A stretch of 64,000 bases of DNA from an uncultured Cellvibrionaceae bacterium (GCA_964499225.1 CAZCJR010000003.1:42340-106339); one strand, 5' to 3'. Shown: positions 38,885 through 48,102, numbered from the stretch's first letter. Made by a program: numbers and translations. Notes: generated from the sequence alone by a model not told the origin.

Positions 38885-38901
38885 TTAAAAAGGAGGGTAA
38901 T

Positions 38902-38931
38902 ATGATGTAGATTATTAGAGCACCAACGTAA
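38902..38931 (+). promoter_or_regulatory. SD-led minigene with amber at codon 3 (MM*IIRAPT*)
   Basis: AAGGAGG 38890-38896, then ATG ATG TAG ATT ATT AGA GCA CCA ACG TAA. Confidence 0.55.
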
Positions 38932-38990
38932 TGTTGTTTGATAACACAAAGAATTAAAAAAATTAAAAATAAAAAATAAATAAAAAAATT

Positions 38991-39419
38991 ATGAAAAGAA
39001 TAGAATCAAACAACAGCGTAGAAATATTTAACACAGTTAAAGAAGTGATTAATCACGTAGAAACAATTTTAAAAGACGAAAGATATGAATTATCTGGTAG
39101 TTTAACACAATTCAAAACAATGGATATGATGAAGGTTGTATCAGAATTGGGTGTAAGAGATAAAAAAAGATTAAAAAGAAGATTGAATAAAATTATAAGT
39201 AAAAACACATTAAAGTCAATCAATTCTTTATTAAGATTTTTATCTAAAAAATCTAATATTGATATTGTTAGAATTGATGAACCAAAACATGAAGAAATTC
39301 AAAAATTAAGAAAAGATTGGAAAGTATTACAAGCACAATCAGATGCCGCACTTTTAAAATATAAAAATTTAAAAGGTGATTATTATAAAATAATAATAGA
39401 ACAAAAACAAGCAGCATAA
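38991..39419 (+). CDS. Basic hypothetical protein
   Basis: 142-aa ORF. Confidence 0.7.
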   Translation: MKRIESNNSVEIFNTVKEVINHVETILKDERYELSGSLTQFKTMDMMKVVSELGVRDKKRLKRRLNKIISKNTLKSINSLLRFLSKKSNIDIVRIDEPKHEEIQKLRKDWKVLQAQSDAALLKYKNLKGDYYKIIIEQKQAA

Positions 39420-39423
39420 AAAA

Positions 39424-39474
39424 TTATAGTGTCTGGGACGGATAAACATACTTTATCCGTCCCAGACACTATAA
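39424..39474. repeat. Perfect 23-bp inverted repeat (5-nt loop)
   Basis: ttatagtgtctgggacggataaa-catac-tttatccgtcccagacactataa. Confidence 0.95.
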
Positions 39475-39492
39475 ATAAAATAAATATTTGAT

Positions 39493-39816
39493 ATGAAAAA
39501 TAATATAATAAGAAATAAATATGGTTATGATTGTAATTTGAATAAGAAATACGGTGTTGAGTGGGGTTTATACGGTTATGAGAATGGTATAAAGACAAAA
39601 AATAAAATACATTGGTGTAATTGGAAAAGATATAATACATTATTATCATCGATTCAAGCTTATATGGATTTTACTAAAGATGGCTCTATGTATAGAGTAG
39701 TTGAAATAATCTATGATGAAAGTGAATTTCCAGGATTTTATTCTAAACCATTTGACCTTAAAATTTTAGAACGAGAAAATAAATTAAAAAGAATAAATGA
39801 AAAAAAACCTGAATAA
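39493..39816 (+). CDS. Hypothetical protein with C-terminal motif
   Basis: ends ERENKLKRINEKKPE*. Confidence 0.7.
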   Translation: MKNNIIRNKYGYDCNLNKKYGVEWGLYGYENGIKTKNKIHWCNWKRYNTLLSSIQAYMDFTKDGSMYRVVEIIYDESEFPGFYSKPFDLKILERENKLKRINEKKPE

Positions 39817-39828
39817 AATTCAGGTTTT
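39804..39828. terminator. Bidirectional terminator between convergent units
   Basis: aaaacctgaat-aaa-attcaggtttt. Confidence 0.7.
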
Positions 39829-39837
39829 AATTGTTTA

Positions 39838-40290
39838 TTATAATAAGTCAGCTAACAAAATATCTACATCTCTCAATTTATCATCAAGAATTTTAAATAC
39901 AATTTTACCTCTTTTATTGTGTATAAAAGATTTACCTTCCTCTGTATTTGATATATTTGTATATTCATAAATATTATTTCTAATACTATTTAATATATCT
40001 TCAAATGGAGAATCAACAGCTTCCATTTCTTCGCATACATATTCTATATTGTTTTCTTTCAACATAAGAATATATCTATCATCAACAACTTTAACAATAG
40101 CATCTTTATATGTTTGTTTAATATTTGATATTGTAGAATCAGCTACTTGGCTAACTTTACCCAAATCAATAGAACCGCCTTTTGGACCTTCTTTTAATTT
40201 TGATATTTGACTTTTAACGTCTAATGTCATAGATGGGCTATCACCACTACTTTCGTTGAATTGTTGCCAATTTTTTATCATTTTTATCAT
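39838..40290 (-). CDS. Hypothetical protein with CTS-like leader
   Basis: MIKNWQQFNES. Confidence 0.75.
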   Translation of the reverse strand: MIKMIKNWQQFNESSGDSPSMTLDVKSQISKLKEGPKGGSIDLGKVSQVADSTISNIKQTYKDAIVKVVDDRYILMLKENNIEYVCEEMEAVDSPFEDILNSIRNNIYEYTNISNTEEGKSFIHNKRGKIVFKILDDKLRDVDILLADLL

Positions 40291-40291
40291 A

Positions 40292-40534
40292 TTATTTTTT
40301 TAAAAATATTTCAATACCATTAACATCTATTCTTATGCCTTCGATATTATCTATATTCGTATGTGCTGCATTAGCAATGAAAGGTTTTAATCTAGACCAT
40401 GAACAATAATTTGTTATGTGTGTTCCTTTATTTGCAAGTTCTTTATCAGAAATATCATCATCAAAAGATTTAACGATTTTTCCATTATCATCTTTAAACA
40501 TACCCCAAGATTCGAATTTTTTTAAGTGTTTCAT
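40292..40534 (-). CDS. Hypothetical protein with CTS-like leader
   Basis: MKHLKKFES. Confidence 0.75.
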   Translation of the reverse strand: MKHLKKFESWGMFKDDNGKIVKSFDDDISDKELANKGTHITNYCSWSRLKPFIANAAHTNIDNIEGIRIDVNGIEIFLKK

Positions 40535-40546
40535 ATTTGAATTTTT

Positions 40547-40792
40547 TTATTTATGACAAGATATATAATATACTTCATCAATATAAAAATTTTCACCACA
40601 ATTTTCACAATCCTGATCATGAATTTCCTCACTGAATAAATTTGCTGGATTTTCATCTTGTTCAGTTCCACAATAAGGACAATACATTTCATTTGGTTCG
40701 CAAACAATTTCTTCTGTATTCTCATCCACATTTTTCTTTTTTGGTGTCCAATTACTTTCTTCGTTAAGTTCGTTAAATCTTTTTAGTTTCAT
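40547..40792 (-). CDS. Zn-ribbon protein with CTS-like leader
   Basis: MKLKRFNELNEE; CPYC...CENC. Confidence 0.75.
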   Translation of the reverse strand: MKLKRFNELNEESNWTPKKKNVDENTEEIVCEPNEMYCPYCGTEQDENPANLFSEEIHDQDCENCGENFYIDEVYYISCHK

Positions 40793-40810
40793 TTTATCCG
40801 TATTTTATTT

Positions 40811-41263
40811 TTATCCTATTACACTACCTGATGAATAACCTGTTATATTCTTTGGAAAATCTTGTTCTGATTCAACATAATAACCATTTGGACTTGCAAC
40901 AACAACATAATCATCACCTAAATCTAATCCTAATCCATTTTCTACACCTTGGTTATGATCATATTTCATTTGATCAACCATATCTTCACCCGTTTCTTTC
41001 CATTCTCTTTTAGATTCTGCCATAGCATCTTCTCTTGACATTGGTCCTCTTCCTCCACTTTTTCTATTTTCCCATCTTTCAGATTTTTTATAATGAACCT
41101 TAATCATTCTATTAGATACCCAAACATCCACAATATCTGAACCAACTAGTTCATCTACATATTGTTCAACCCATTTTTGAATTCGGTTATTTCGTTCTTC
41201 ATCTGTTTCACGAATTGGTGTTTTCTCATAATATACATCTTCAAAACTTTTTAAGTATTTCAT
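40811..41263 (-). CDS. Hypothetical protein with CTS-like leader
   Basis: MKYLKSFED. Confidence 0.75.
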   Translation of the reverse strand: MKYLKSFEDVYYEKTPIRETDEERNNRIQKWVEQYVDELVGSDIVDVWVSNRMIKVHYKKSERWENRKSGGRGPMSREDAMAESKREWKETGEDMVDQMKYDHNQGVENGLGLDLGDDYVVVASPNGYYVESEQDFPKNITGYSSGSVIG

Positions 41264-41266
41264 TGT

Positions 41267-41533
41267 TTATTTTTCTTTTTTACCACAAATATCTTCTTCG
41301 ATAGCTTCTAAAGATTTTGTACATCCTTTTCCTTTAACCCAATATTTTTTGATATTGTCAAAGAATTCTGATTTTTTTTCATCTGAAAGTTTAGATGGAG
41401 ATGAAACATCATAGCATTTAAGCATATGTTTAAAGTATTCTCTATATTCAGTTTGTAATTTAGATAAAGCTTCATTTATTGCATCCGTGTTTTCTGTAAC
41501 GTTTTCGTTGAATTGTTTCCAATTTTTAATCAT
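41267..41533 (-). CDS. Hypothetical protein with CTS-like leader
   Basis: MIKNWKQFNEN; TAATATATA at 41563-41571 (minus strand). Confidence 0.75.
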   Translation of the reverse strand: MIKNWKQFNENVTENTDAINEALSKLQTEYREYFKHMLKCYDVSSPSKLSDEKKSEFFDNIKKYWVKGKGCTKSLEAIEEDICGKKEK

Positions 41534-41590
41534 AATTTTTAATTATTTTTTGTTATTGTTGTTATATATTAAATTAAATATTCATTTTTT

Positions 41591-41656
41591 TTAATTCATT
41601 TTTTTTTGTGCATTGATATTTCCTTTATATGTTTCAAAACTTTTTAAATGTTTCAT
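41591..41656 (-). CDS. 21-aa micro-ORF consisting mostly of the CTS-like leader
   Basis: MKHLKSFETYKGNINAQKKMN*; ATGA-coupled to the NUDIX gene. Confidence 0.45.
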   Translation of the reverse strand: MKHLKSFETYKGNINAQKKMN

Positions 41657-42240
41657 AAGTTATAATCTTTTTTTAATTTAGTGATAAGATATTGACTAAC
41701 CATGTCATTAACTTTAATTTCATCTATGTCAGCAATACTTATTTTTAATGTTTTTGATAATTTTTCTTTAGTTGAACCATCACCTGGTGCAGTAACTAAT
41801 TTATATTCATTATAATTAAGTTCAATTATACAAGTATAAAATTGTGATGATGTACCTTTTGAGTGAAAGTAAGGACCTTCAATATCGAAATTATAAAATT
41901 CGTTTAGAACTATACCAGCTTCTTCATATAATTCTCTTCTTAAACAGGCTTGTGGTGATTCACCATCTTCAATAGTTCCTGAAACAACAGTTAAGAAACG
42001 ACCAGATAATTTATTTATATTGTTTTTATATTTATATTGCCAAGGTGTAACTGGCTCAGATCTCATTAAAATATAACCTTCATCTTTAAAATATATTAGA
42101 CAAGTAACACAATCTTTATCGACTACAAATTCATATTCATTCTCTTTGATAACTTTTATATAGCCATCATAAACAACAGAATCAATATCTTTTTGAACTT
42201 GTGTAGCTTGTGCTTTCTTAACTTTTGTAAATTTTTCCAT
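41653..42240 (-). CDS. NUDIX hydrolase
   Basis: Nudix box GTIEDGESPQACLRRELYEEAG. Confidence 0.9.
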   Translation of the reverse strand: MEKFTKVKKAQATQVQKDIDSVVYDGYIKVIKENEYEFVVDKDCVTCLIYFKDEGYILMRSEPVTPWQYKYKNNINKLSGRFLTVVSGTIEDGESPQACLRRELYEEAGIVLNEFYNFDIEGPYFHSKGTSSQFYTCIIELNYNEYKLVTAPGDGSTKEKLSKTLKISIADIDEIKVNDMVSQYLITKLKKDYNL

Positions 42241-42297
42241 TATAATATTCTATTTCTTTTAATTCTATATATTATATATTTTCTAAACATATATAAT

Positions 42298-42573
42298 TTA
42301 TTTAATTACATATTTTGGTACTAAAATAGTAGTAACAGGATATTCTTTATAACCTTTTTCTTCATCCCAAATAAGAAAATATGATTCATAATCATGTTCC
42401 AATTCAGTGAAACCATTGCATTTTATAGGATATGTATTTTTACTTGCATTAGGATAAAACACATCACTCAAATATCTTGATATTTTGTTTATATTCTGTT
42501 CATATTTAGACTGACCGTTAATGAATTTATCTTTAGTATCAATAAATCCTTCTAATTTTTTTAAATGTTTCAT
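42298..42573 (-). CDS. Hypothetical protein with CTS-like leader
   Basis: MKHLKKLEGF. Confidence 0.7.
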   Translation of the reverse strand: MKHLKKLEGFIDTKDKFINGQSKYEQNINKISRYLSDVFYPNASKNTYPIKCNGFTELEHDYESYFLIWDEEKGYKEYPVTTILVPKYVIK

Positions 42574-42771
42574 TTATTTTAATTTTCTTTTTATATCTGT
42601 TAATTCATCTATTTGTTTTACCAGATCTTTATTTGAAATATTCAATTCGATAAAATCTGTTATTTCTGATAAAGCATTATTTTTATCTAATTTTTTACCA
42701 ATTATATCAGAAGCTTTATCTAAATCGGAATTAGTCATTTCAAATGTTTCAAATGTTTTTATATTTTTCAT
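42574..42771 (-). CDS. Hypothetical protein with CTS-like leader
   Basis: MKNIKTFETFE. Confidence 0.7.
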   Translation of the reverse strand: MKNIKTFETFEMTNSDLDKASDIIGKKLDKNNALSEITDFIELNISNKDLVKQIDELTDIKRKLK

Positions 42772-42778
42772 TTGTTTT

Positions 42779-43084
42779 TTATTTTTTATATGGTACTAAT
42801 TCATAGTCATATAAACTTGAATGTATATCTTCACCAGTTTCATCATCTACAAAATCATATAATCCTTGACCTTTAATAAAATCATCATATCCAGGATGTT
42901 GATTTGTATTTGTAGCTACGTGAGTAATTCTTAATGGTCTGTTTCTAAAATCATCATAATTTTCATTATCATTATTAGGTTCAACCATTACTACATCTCC
43001 TTCTGTATAATCAGGATATGCTATATCTTCATCAGTATCTTCATCAGATTCGTAAAAATATTCATATGTTTTTAAATGTTTCAT
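42779..43084 (-). CDS. Acidic hypothetical protein with CTS-like leader
   Basis: Probable start 43084 MKHLKTYEYFYES; TAATATATA at 43108-43116. Confidence 0.7.
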   Translation of the reverse strand: MKHLKTYEYFYESDEDTDEDIAYPDYTEGDVVMVEPNNDNENYDDFRNRPLRITHVATNTNQHPGYDDFIKGQGLYDFVDDETGEDIHSSLYDYELVPYKK

Positions 43085-43133
43085 ATTTTTTTTTATTAGT
43101 TTTTTATTATATATTAAAAATGATAATTGATTT

Positions 43134-43790
43134 TTAAAGTTTATCGCCTTTTTTAGTATTACATTCACTGCACATTGTATCTAAATTATTAATACTATCT
43201 GAACCACCTTTACTTTTAGGTTTTATGTGGTCAATCGTCATTAATTTAAAATCTTTTGTATATAAATCAATATGAATTGCACCAAACGAATCCTTTGTTT
43301 TTATTAGATATTTACCAATTCTTGGACAAGAAACACATTTAAGTCCTTTGTAGTGAAATACTCGCAATCTTCTATGTTTTTTATATGTGGTGTCTAATAA
43401 TTCGATAGGTAATATTTCAATAGGTATATATTTGTGTCCGATTCTAATTGGAACTAATATAGTATCACCATTGTATGTTAATGGTATTGACATTATATAT
43501 TTATTTTGTTTGTGTTTGTAATGTTGTTTAACATCTTTTTTGTATTTATCTAAAATATTAGAATATTTAATTTTAAAAAAAGTCATAGATTTTCTCATGA
43601 TAGTATGTTTGTCTTTTATCTTATAATAATCAGACACTATTTTATAAATGTTAGAATCTTCTTTGTCTTTTTTCAATGAAACGATTTCATTGTATATGAA
43701 TGATGAGTCATCATTACCAATAATATCTTGTATATTATTCATATCATTATTAAAGTCTTCGAAAAATGCGTAAGTTATAAGATATTTCAT
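43134..43790 (-). CDS. HNH endonuclease with CTS-like leader
   Basis: CVSC...TIDHIKPKSKGG...NL..MCSECN..K; MKYLITYAFFED. Confidence 0.85.
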   Translation of the reverse strand: MKYLITYAFFEDFNNDMNNIQDIIGNDDSSFIYNEIVSLKKDKEDSNIYKIVSDYYKIKDKHTIMRKSMTFFKIKYSNILDKYKKDVKQHYKHKQNKYIMSIPLTYNGDTILVPIRIGHKYIPIEILPIELLDTTYKKHRRLRVFHYKGLKCVSCPRIGKYLIKTKDSFGAIHIDLYTKDFKLMTIDHIKPKSKGGSDSINNLDTMCSECNTKKGDKL

Positions 43791-43841
43791 TTAACTATAT
43801 ATAAAAAAATAAAAAAACAAAACAAGAATAGATTTATATAA

Positions 43842-44696
43842 ATGATTATGACTTATATAAACACACCATTCAATTATACTGGTTCGAAATTTAAATTACT
43901 TGAACAAATTATACCAAAATTAGACTACAATAAAGACTATTTTGTTGATTTGTTTTGTGGTGGTGGCTCAGTATATACGAATGTTGTAGACAAATATAAG
44001 AAGGTATTAGTCAACGATATAATAACAGAATTGATAGGAATACATAAGGGATTAGTATTATCAGATGATATTATAGAACAAACAAAATTATTATGTCCTG
44101 ATAAAGAAGATTCACAAGCCTACGATAAATTAAGAAATAGTTTCAATGAAGATAAATCACCTGAAAAACTATGGGCACTTATGCTAAGTTGTACAAACAA
44201 TATGCTTAGATTTAATCAAAAAGGTGGTTTTAATCAAACTTTTGGTAAAAGAAGTTGGAATGATAGTACAACGAAGAAAGTGGACACATTTACAGAACAT
44301 ATAAGACAATATAAAGACAAATTGATATTCACATCTAAATCATTTAAAGAAATCAATTTAAACAAACCTTCGATGGTTTATATAGATCCTCCTTATGGTT
44401 ACGTGAAAGAAAAAAATGGTAATATTGGTACTAAACAAATAAGCGAAGCTGGATATAATAATTATTACTATCAACAAGACGATATAGATTTATATAATTA
44501 TTGTCACAAGTTAAATGATAATAGTTCATCATTTATGATTTCTGGTGTTTTGAAACATGATGATAAAATATGTTGGATATTGGATAAATTAATTTCAGAT
44601 GGTTTTAACTATAAAGTTTTGAATTTTGATTATAATAAAGTCAGTAGAAAAGGTGATAAAGAAACAACAGAAATAATTATAATGAATTATGAATAA
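43842..44696 (+). CDS. dam: Dam-like DNA adenine methyltransferase
   Basis: TPFNYTGSK, DLFCGGGSV and YIDPPY. Confidence 0.9.
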   Translation: MIMTYINTPFNYTGSKFKLLEQIIPKLDYNKDYFVDLFCGGGSVYTNVVDKYKKVLVNDIITELIGIHKGLVLSDDIIEQTKLLCPDKEDSQAYDKLRNSFNEDKSPEKLWALMLSCTNNMLRFNQKGGFNQTFGKRSWNDSTTKKVDTFTEHIRQYKDKLIFTSKSFKEINLNKPSMVYIDPPYGYVKEKNGNIGTKQISEAGYNNYYYQQDDIDLYNYCHKLNDNSSSFMISGVLKHDDKICWILDKLISDGFNYKVLNFDYNKVSRKGDKETTEIIIMNYE

Positions 44697-44883
44697 AAAT
44701 GTATATGTAAATAATAATATATTTCTTCATTGTCCAAAATGTAAAACAGCTTTTTATCCTCTAAAGGGATTTTTTGAGGATAGACAAAATTGTATTTGGT
44801 GTGGGTCAAAATATCTTGTTTTTGATAGTAGAGAAGATTATAAAAATTATTTAAGAAATTTAAAATTAAAAAGATTAACTTGA
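44689..44883 (+). CDS. Zn-ribbon microprotein with C-terminal motif
   Basis: CPKC...CIWC; ends LRNLKLKRLT*. Confidence 0.7.
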   Translation: MNKNVYVNNNIFLHCPKCKTAFYPLKGFFEDRQNCIWCGSKYLVFDSREDYKNYLRNLKLKRLT

Positions 44884-45419
44884 TAAGAGAAAATTATGTG
44901 TTACATTCTGGTGGTGCAAAAGGTGCAGATTCTCAATTTGAAATTATTGGTAGAGAATTTGGGTTGATTCATTTTAATCATTATTGGTATCAAAAGAAAA
45001 ATCCATTTTCTAAAATAGAAGATGAGATTTCAAAAGAAGATTATCAAGAAGGTGTAAAAATGGTTTATGAATCAAATAAAATACTTAAAAGACAGAATAT
45101 CGATAAGTATATGCACTTATTAGCAAGAAATTGGTCTCAATGTAAATATTCTGATGCAATCTATGCCATTTCAACTTTTAAATCTAATAAAGAGGTTAAC
45201 GGTGGAACTGGTTGGTGTGTTCAATTCGGAATATTAACAAATAAAGAAGTATATGTTTTTGATCAGGAAAAAGAACAATGGTATTATTGGAATGGTAAAT
45301 TTGAAGTTTGTGTGACTCCAAAATTAACTGAAAACTTTGCTGGTATAGGAACAAGAGAGATTAATGAAGCCGGTAAAAAAGCTATAAGAAATGTCTATGA
45401 AAAAACATTTAAGAAATGA
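44880..45419 (+). CDS. SLOG-superfamily-like protein
   Basis: HSGGAKGADS, ARN, GGTGW and FAGIGTR. Confidence 0.6.
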   Translation: MIRENYVLHSGGAKGADSQFEIIGREFGLIHFNHYWYQKKNPFSKIEDEISKEDYQEGVKMVYESNKILKRQNIDKYMHLLARNWSQCKYSDAIYAISTFKSNKEVNGGTGWCVQFGILTNKEVYVFDQEKEQWYYWNGKFEVCVTPKLTENFAGIGTREINEAGKKAIRNVYEKTFKK

Positions 45420-45700
45420 TAAGAGTTGAAACAATAGAAGATGATTTAATAATAAATAAATATTATTATGATCATGGATTCAAATGGATTTCTGTCGAAA
45501 CTTTTGAAAAATATAAAGAAAAAAGATTAAATAGAAAAGTATTCCTTGTATATTATATTTGGGATTTAGAAAGTATGAAAAAACAAAGAAATAAATTCAA
45601 TGATTCAACGATTAGAAAAAATGATATGTATGTAATGAGTTCATCAGAATATATTCAACAAATAAGACAAAAAAAATTAGAAAGAATATTAAATATTTAA
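45416..45700 (+). CDS. Hypothetical protein with C-terminal motif
   Basis: ends IRQKKLERILNI*. Confidence 0.7.
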   Translation: MIRVETIEDDLIINKYYYDHGFKWISVETFEKYKEKRLNRKVFLVYYIWDLESMKKQRNKFNDSTIRKNDMYVMSSSEYIQQIRQKKLERILNI

Positions 45701-45939
45701 AGTTCACCTTCTCTAACAGGAACCGGAATATTATTTGTTGAATCAAATTCATGTTTGTTATCTTGTTCAGGATCAGTTATTAATGGTTTTCTACCAACTG
45801 GTTTAGAATTAGGATTAGAATTTAATAATAATTTATCAACGTTTTGATCAACAAATTTATTTATATCTTTGATTATAAATTCATTGTGAACTTTTTTTGT
45901 TTCGTTGCAAAATTCTATAAATATTTTAATTTTCTTCAT
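45697..45939 (-). CDS. Hypothetical protein with CTS-like leader
   Basis: MKKIKIFIEFCNE. Confidence 0.65.
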   Translation of the reverse strand: MKKIKIFIEFCNETKKVHNEFIIKDINKFVDQNVDKLLLNSNPNSKPVGRKPLITDPEQDNKHEFDSTNNIPVPVREGEL

Positions 45940-46556
45940 TTAAGTTTATGTGCGATATCTCGTCTTTTGGTTTTATCGAAATGTTGGGAATTATCAACAA
46001 TCCAAGCATTATCATATAAAGGGAATAGTGTATCAAAAGTTTTTTTAACTCTATTGTGATAATCGATAACAACTTCATCAGAAAGTTTTCGTTCTCTTCT
46101 TTTATTTCTTTCTAAAGCTGTGTCTATATCACAATTAACAAAAACCATGGTTGTTACATAACCTTTTTCTTTTGCAATATTAATAAGTTCTCTAATTAAA
46201 TCTACGTGAGTGCCTACGGTATCAAATATAATATTTGATAAATGTTTATCGGTATTCATTAGAGTAGACCTTAATAATTTTATTGTTCTATTTCTTGGGT
46301 CTGTTGATGAGTGTGTATGTTTTAATATTTTTTCATTATCTTCTGGAACATTTAGATTAAGACCTACTTTTTTAGCTACTGTTTCTCTTTCACTATCAAC
46401 ATTAAATGTTTTTGCATCTCTAATATTGAATAAATTTCTTGAAACCGTCGATTTACCCGAGCCTGGTCCACCAAGAAGAATTATAAAATTTCCTTCATTT
46501 TGGTTTTCAAAATTAACGACTTTACCCTCATTTATAAAATTAAAATATGATTTCAT
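45936..46556 (-). CDS. P-loop kinase (AAA_33/PNK-like) with CTS-like leader
   Basis: GGPGSGKST, IIFDT and ALERNKRR lid; MKSYFNFINE. Confidence 0.85.
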   Translation of the reverse strand: MKSYFNFINEGKVVNFENQNEGNFIILLGGPGSGKSTVSRNLFNIRDAKTFNVDSERETVAKKVGLNLNVPEDNEKILKHTHSSTDPRNRTIKLLRSTLMNTDKHLSNIIFDTVGTHVDLIRELINIAKEKGYVTTMVFVNCDIDTALERNKRRERKLSDEVVIDYHNRVKKTFDTLFPLYDNAWIVDNSQHFDKTKRRDIAHKLK

Positions 46557-46648
46557 ACACTATATATTTTTTTATTAAAGTAAAATTTCGTATTTTTGTA
46601 TATTAATAAACAAAATATAAAATAAAAGATAAATAAAATAAAAAATTT

Positions 46649-47077
46649 ATGAATTTGATAATATTTGATTGTGATGACACCTTTTGGGAATTACCATATG
46701 ATGAAAATGATAAGTATATGAAATTACCAGAGAGTTTGAAATATAATTTTAAATACAGACAAGAAATAGTTGATATTTATAATGAAAGGAGAAAAGATCC
46801 AAATAATAAATTTGTGATATTAACAAATAGAACAGAAAAAGTACAAAAAATTGTTCTTGAAAAATTAAAAAAAGAACAAGATGTTGAATTTGATTATTAT
46901 TTATTTAGAAATAAGGATAGAAATAAATCACATAGGTTAAAAGAACTATTATTATCTTTGAAAGGTGTTAAGTTGGTAGAATTTTATGATGATAAACAAC
47001 GACATGTTGATAGTGTGAGTAAATTGAGGTGGTATTGGAGATTTTTAATGATAACATTTAAAACATATAAAGTATGA
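46649..47077 (+). CDS. HAD-superfamily phosphatase (PNKP/RNA-repair type)
   Basis: IIFDCDDT, LTNR, K and FYDD. Confidence 0.8.
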   Translation: MNLIIFDCDDTFWELPYDENDKYMKLPESLKYNFKYRQEIVDIYNERRKDPNNKFVILTNRTEKVQKIVLEKLKKEQDVEFDYYLFRNKDRNKSHRLKELLLSLKGVKLVEFYDDKQRHVDSVSKLRWYWRFLMITFKTYKV

Positions 47078-47364
47078 AAATTTTTAAAGTAAGAATTGAT
47101 AACGATCCGGGAGGATGGAAATCAGGTGAAGATCACAGTGAATTAGTTTTAGCTGAAACTGAAGAAGAAGCGATCAATAAAGTAAAAAATGGTTGGGGTA
47201 ACACATATAATTATAAAAATAATTATCGAGAATATGGTATTGGTGAAAAATTTAACGCACCACATATCAGTAAATTTGCAGATATATCTGCATCGGAAAT
47301 AAAATTCGATGGTGTTGAGATAACAACAGTAAGAGAAGAAAAACTTAAAAGATTATTGAAATGA
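47074..47364 (+). CDS. Hypothetical protein with C-terminal motif
   Basis: ends VREEKLKRLLK*. Confidence 0.7.
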   Translation: MKIFKVRIDNDPGGWKSGEDHSELVLAETEEEAINKVKNGWGNTYNYKNNYREYGIGEKFNAPHISKFADISASEIKFDGVEITTVREEKLKRLLK

Positions 47365-48098
47365 AAACTAAAGTAAGATTATCTGGTACTACGAATTCTA
47401 AATTGGCTGTTGTGAAAGCACTAAAAATATATAGTGGTTTAGGTTTGAAAGATGCCAAAGATGCTTGTGATAATTTTCTTTATGATTTAAAAAAATATTT
47501 TGAATTTGAAATGGAACAATCTTTGGTATCAACAGCTAAAATAGAGTTTGAATCATTCGGTATAAAATTTAATATACAGAATTCAAGAGAACAAAAAATG
47601 AAAAGAATATTATATGCAGATCAAACTATGTGTATAAAAGATTTAATGAATGATGTTTCTCATTGGGAAACATTGGGAGTTATATCAGAAGAAGATAAAG
47701 AAAAACTTACGTATAATCAGTGTAGAGAAAAAGCTGTTGAAATAATATATGATAGATATGCGGAATATATTAAGGGTGATAAATTTTCTCAATTATATAA
47801 AGATGTTAGAAAAATAAATAATAAAGAACAAAAATCTATCGAATTAAAAATTTTAAAATTTAATAAAGAATTTGGTGAATTTGTTAATGAGTTTATGAAG
47901 TTTAATGAATATGAATATAAATCTTTGTATAATAAATCTGAACTCAGAACAGAAATGGTTGATGTTTTACAAGTTTTGATGTCAATATATAATCAAATAG
48001 AAGATGAAAGTGGTATCACTATGAGTGAGATTTTACAAGATATGGTTGATAAGAATAAAAAATGGTTAAATGAGATTAACAACGATGTAATAAATTAA
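47361..48098 (+). CDS. Ribosomal L7/L12 CTD-like domain + internal motif + MazG-like domain
   Basis: KLAVVKALKIYSGLGLKDAKD; SREQKMKRIL; KEFGEFVNE...TEMVDVL. Confidence 0.6.
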   Translation: MKTKVRLSGTTNSKLAVVKALKIYSGLGLKDAKDACDNFLYDLKKYFEFEMEQSLVSTAKIEFESFGIKFNIQNSREQKMKRILYADQTMCIKDLMNDVSHWETLGVISEEDKEKLTYNQCREKAVEIIYDRYAEYIKGDKFSQLYKDVRKINNKEQKSIELKILKFNKEFGEFVNEFMKFNEYEYKSLYNKSELRTEMVDVLQVLMSIYNQIEDESGITMSEILQDMVDKNKKWLNEINNDVIN

Positions 48099-48102
48099 AA
48101 AT

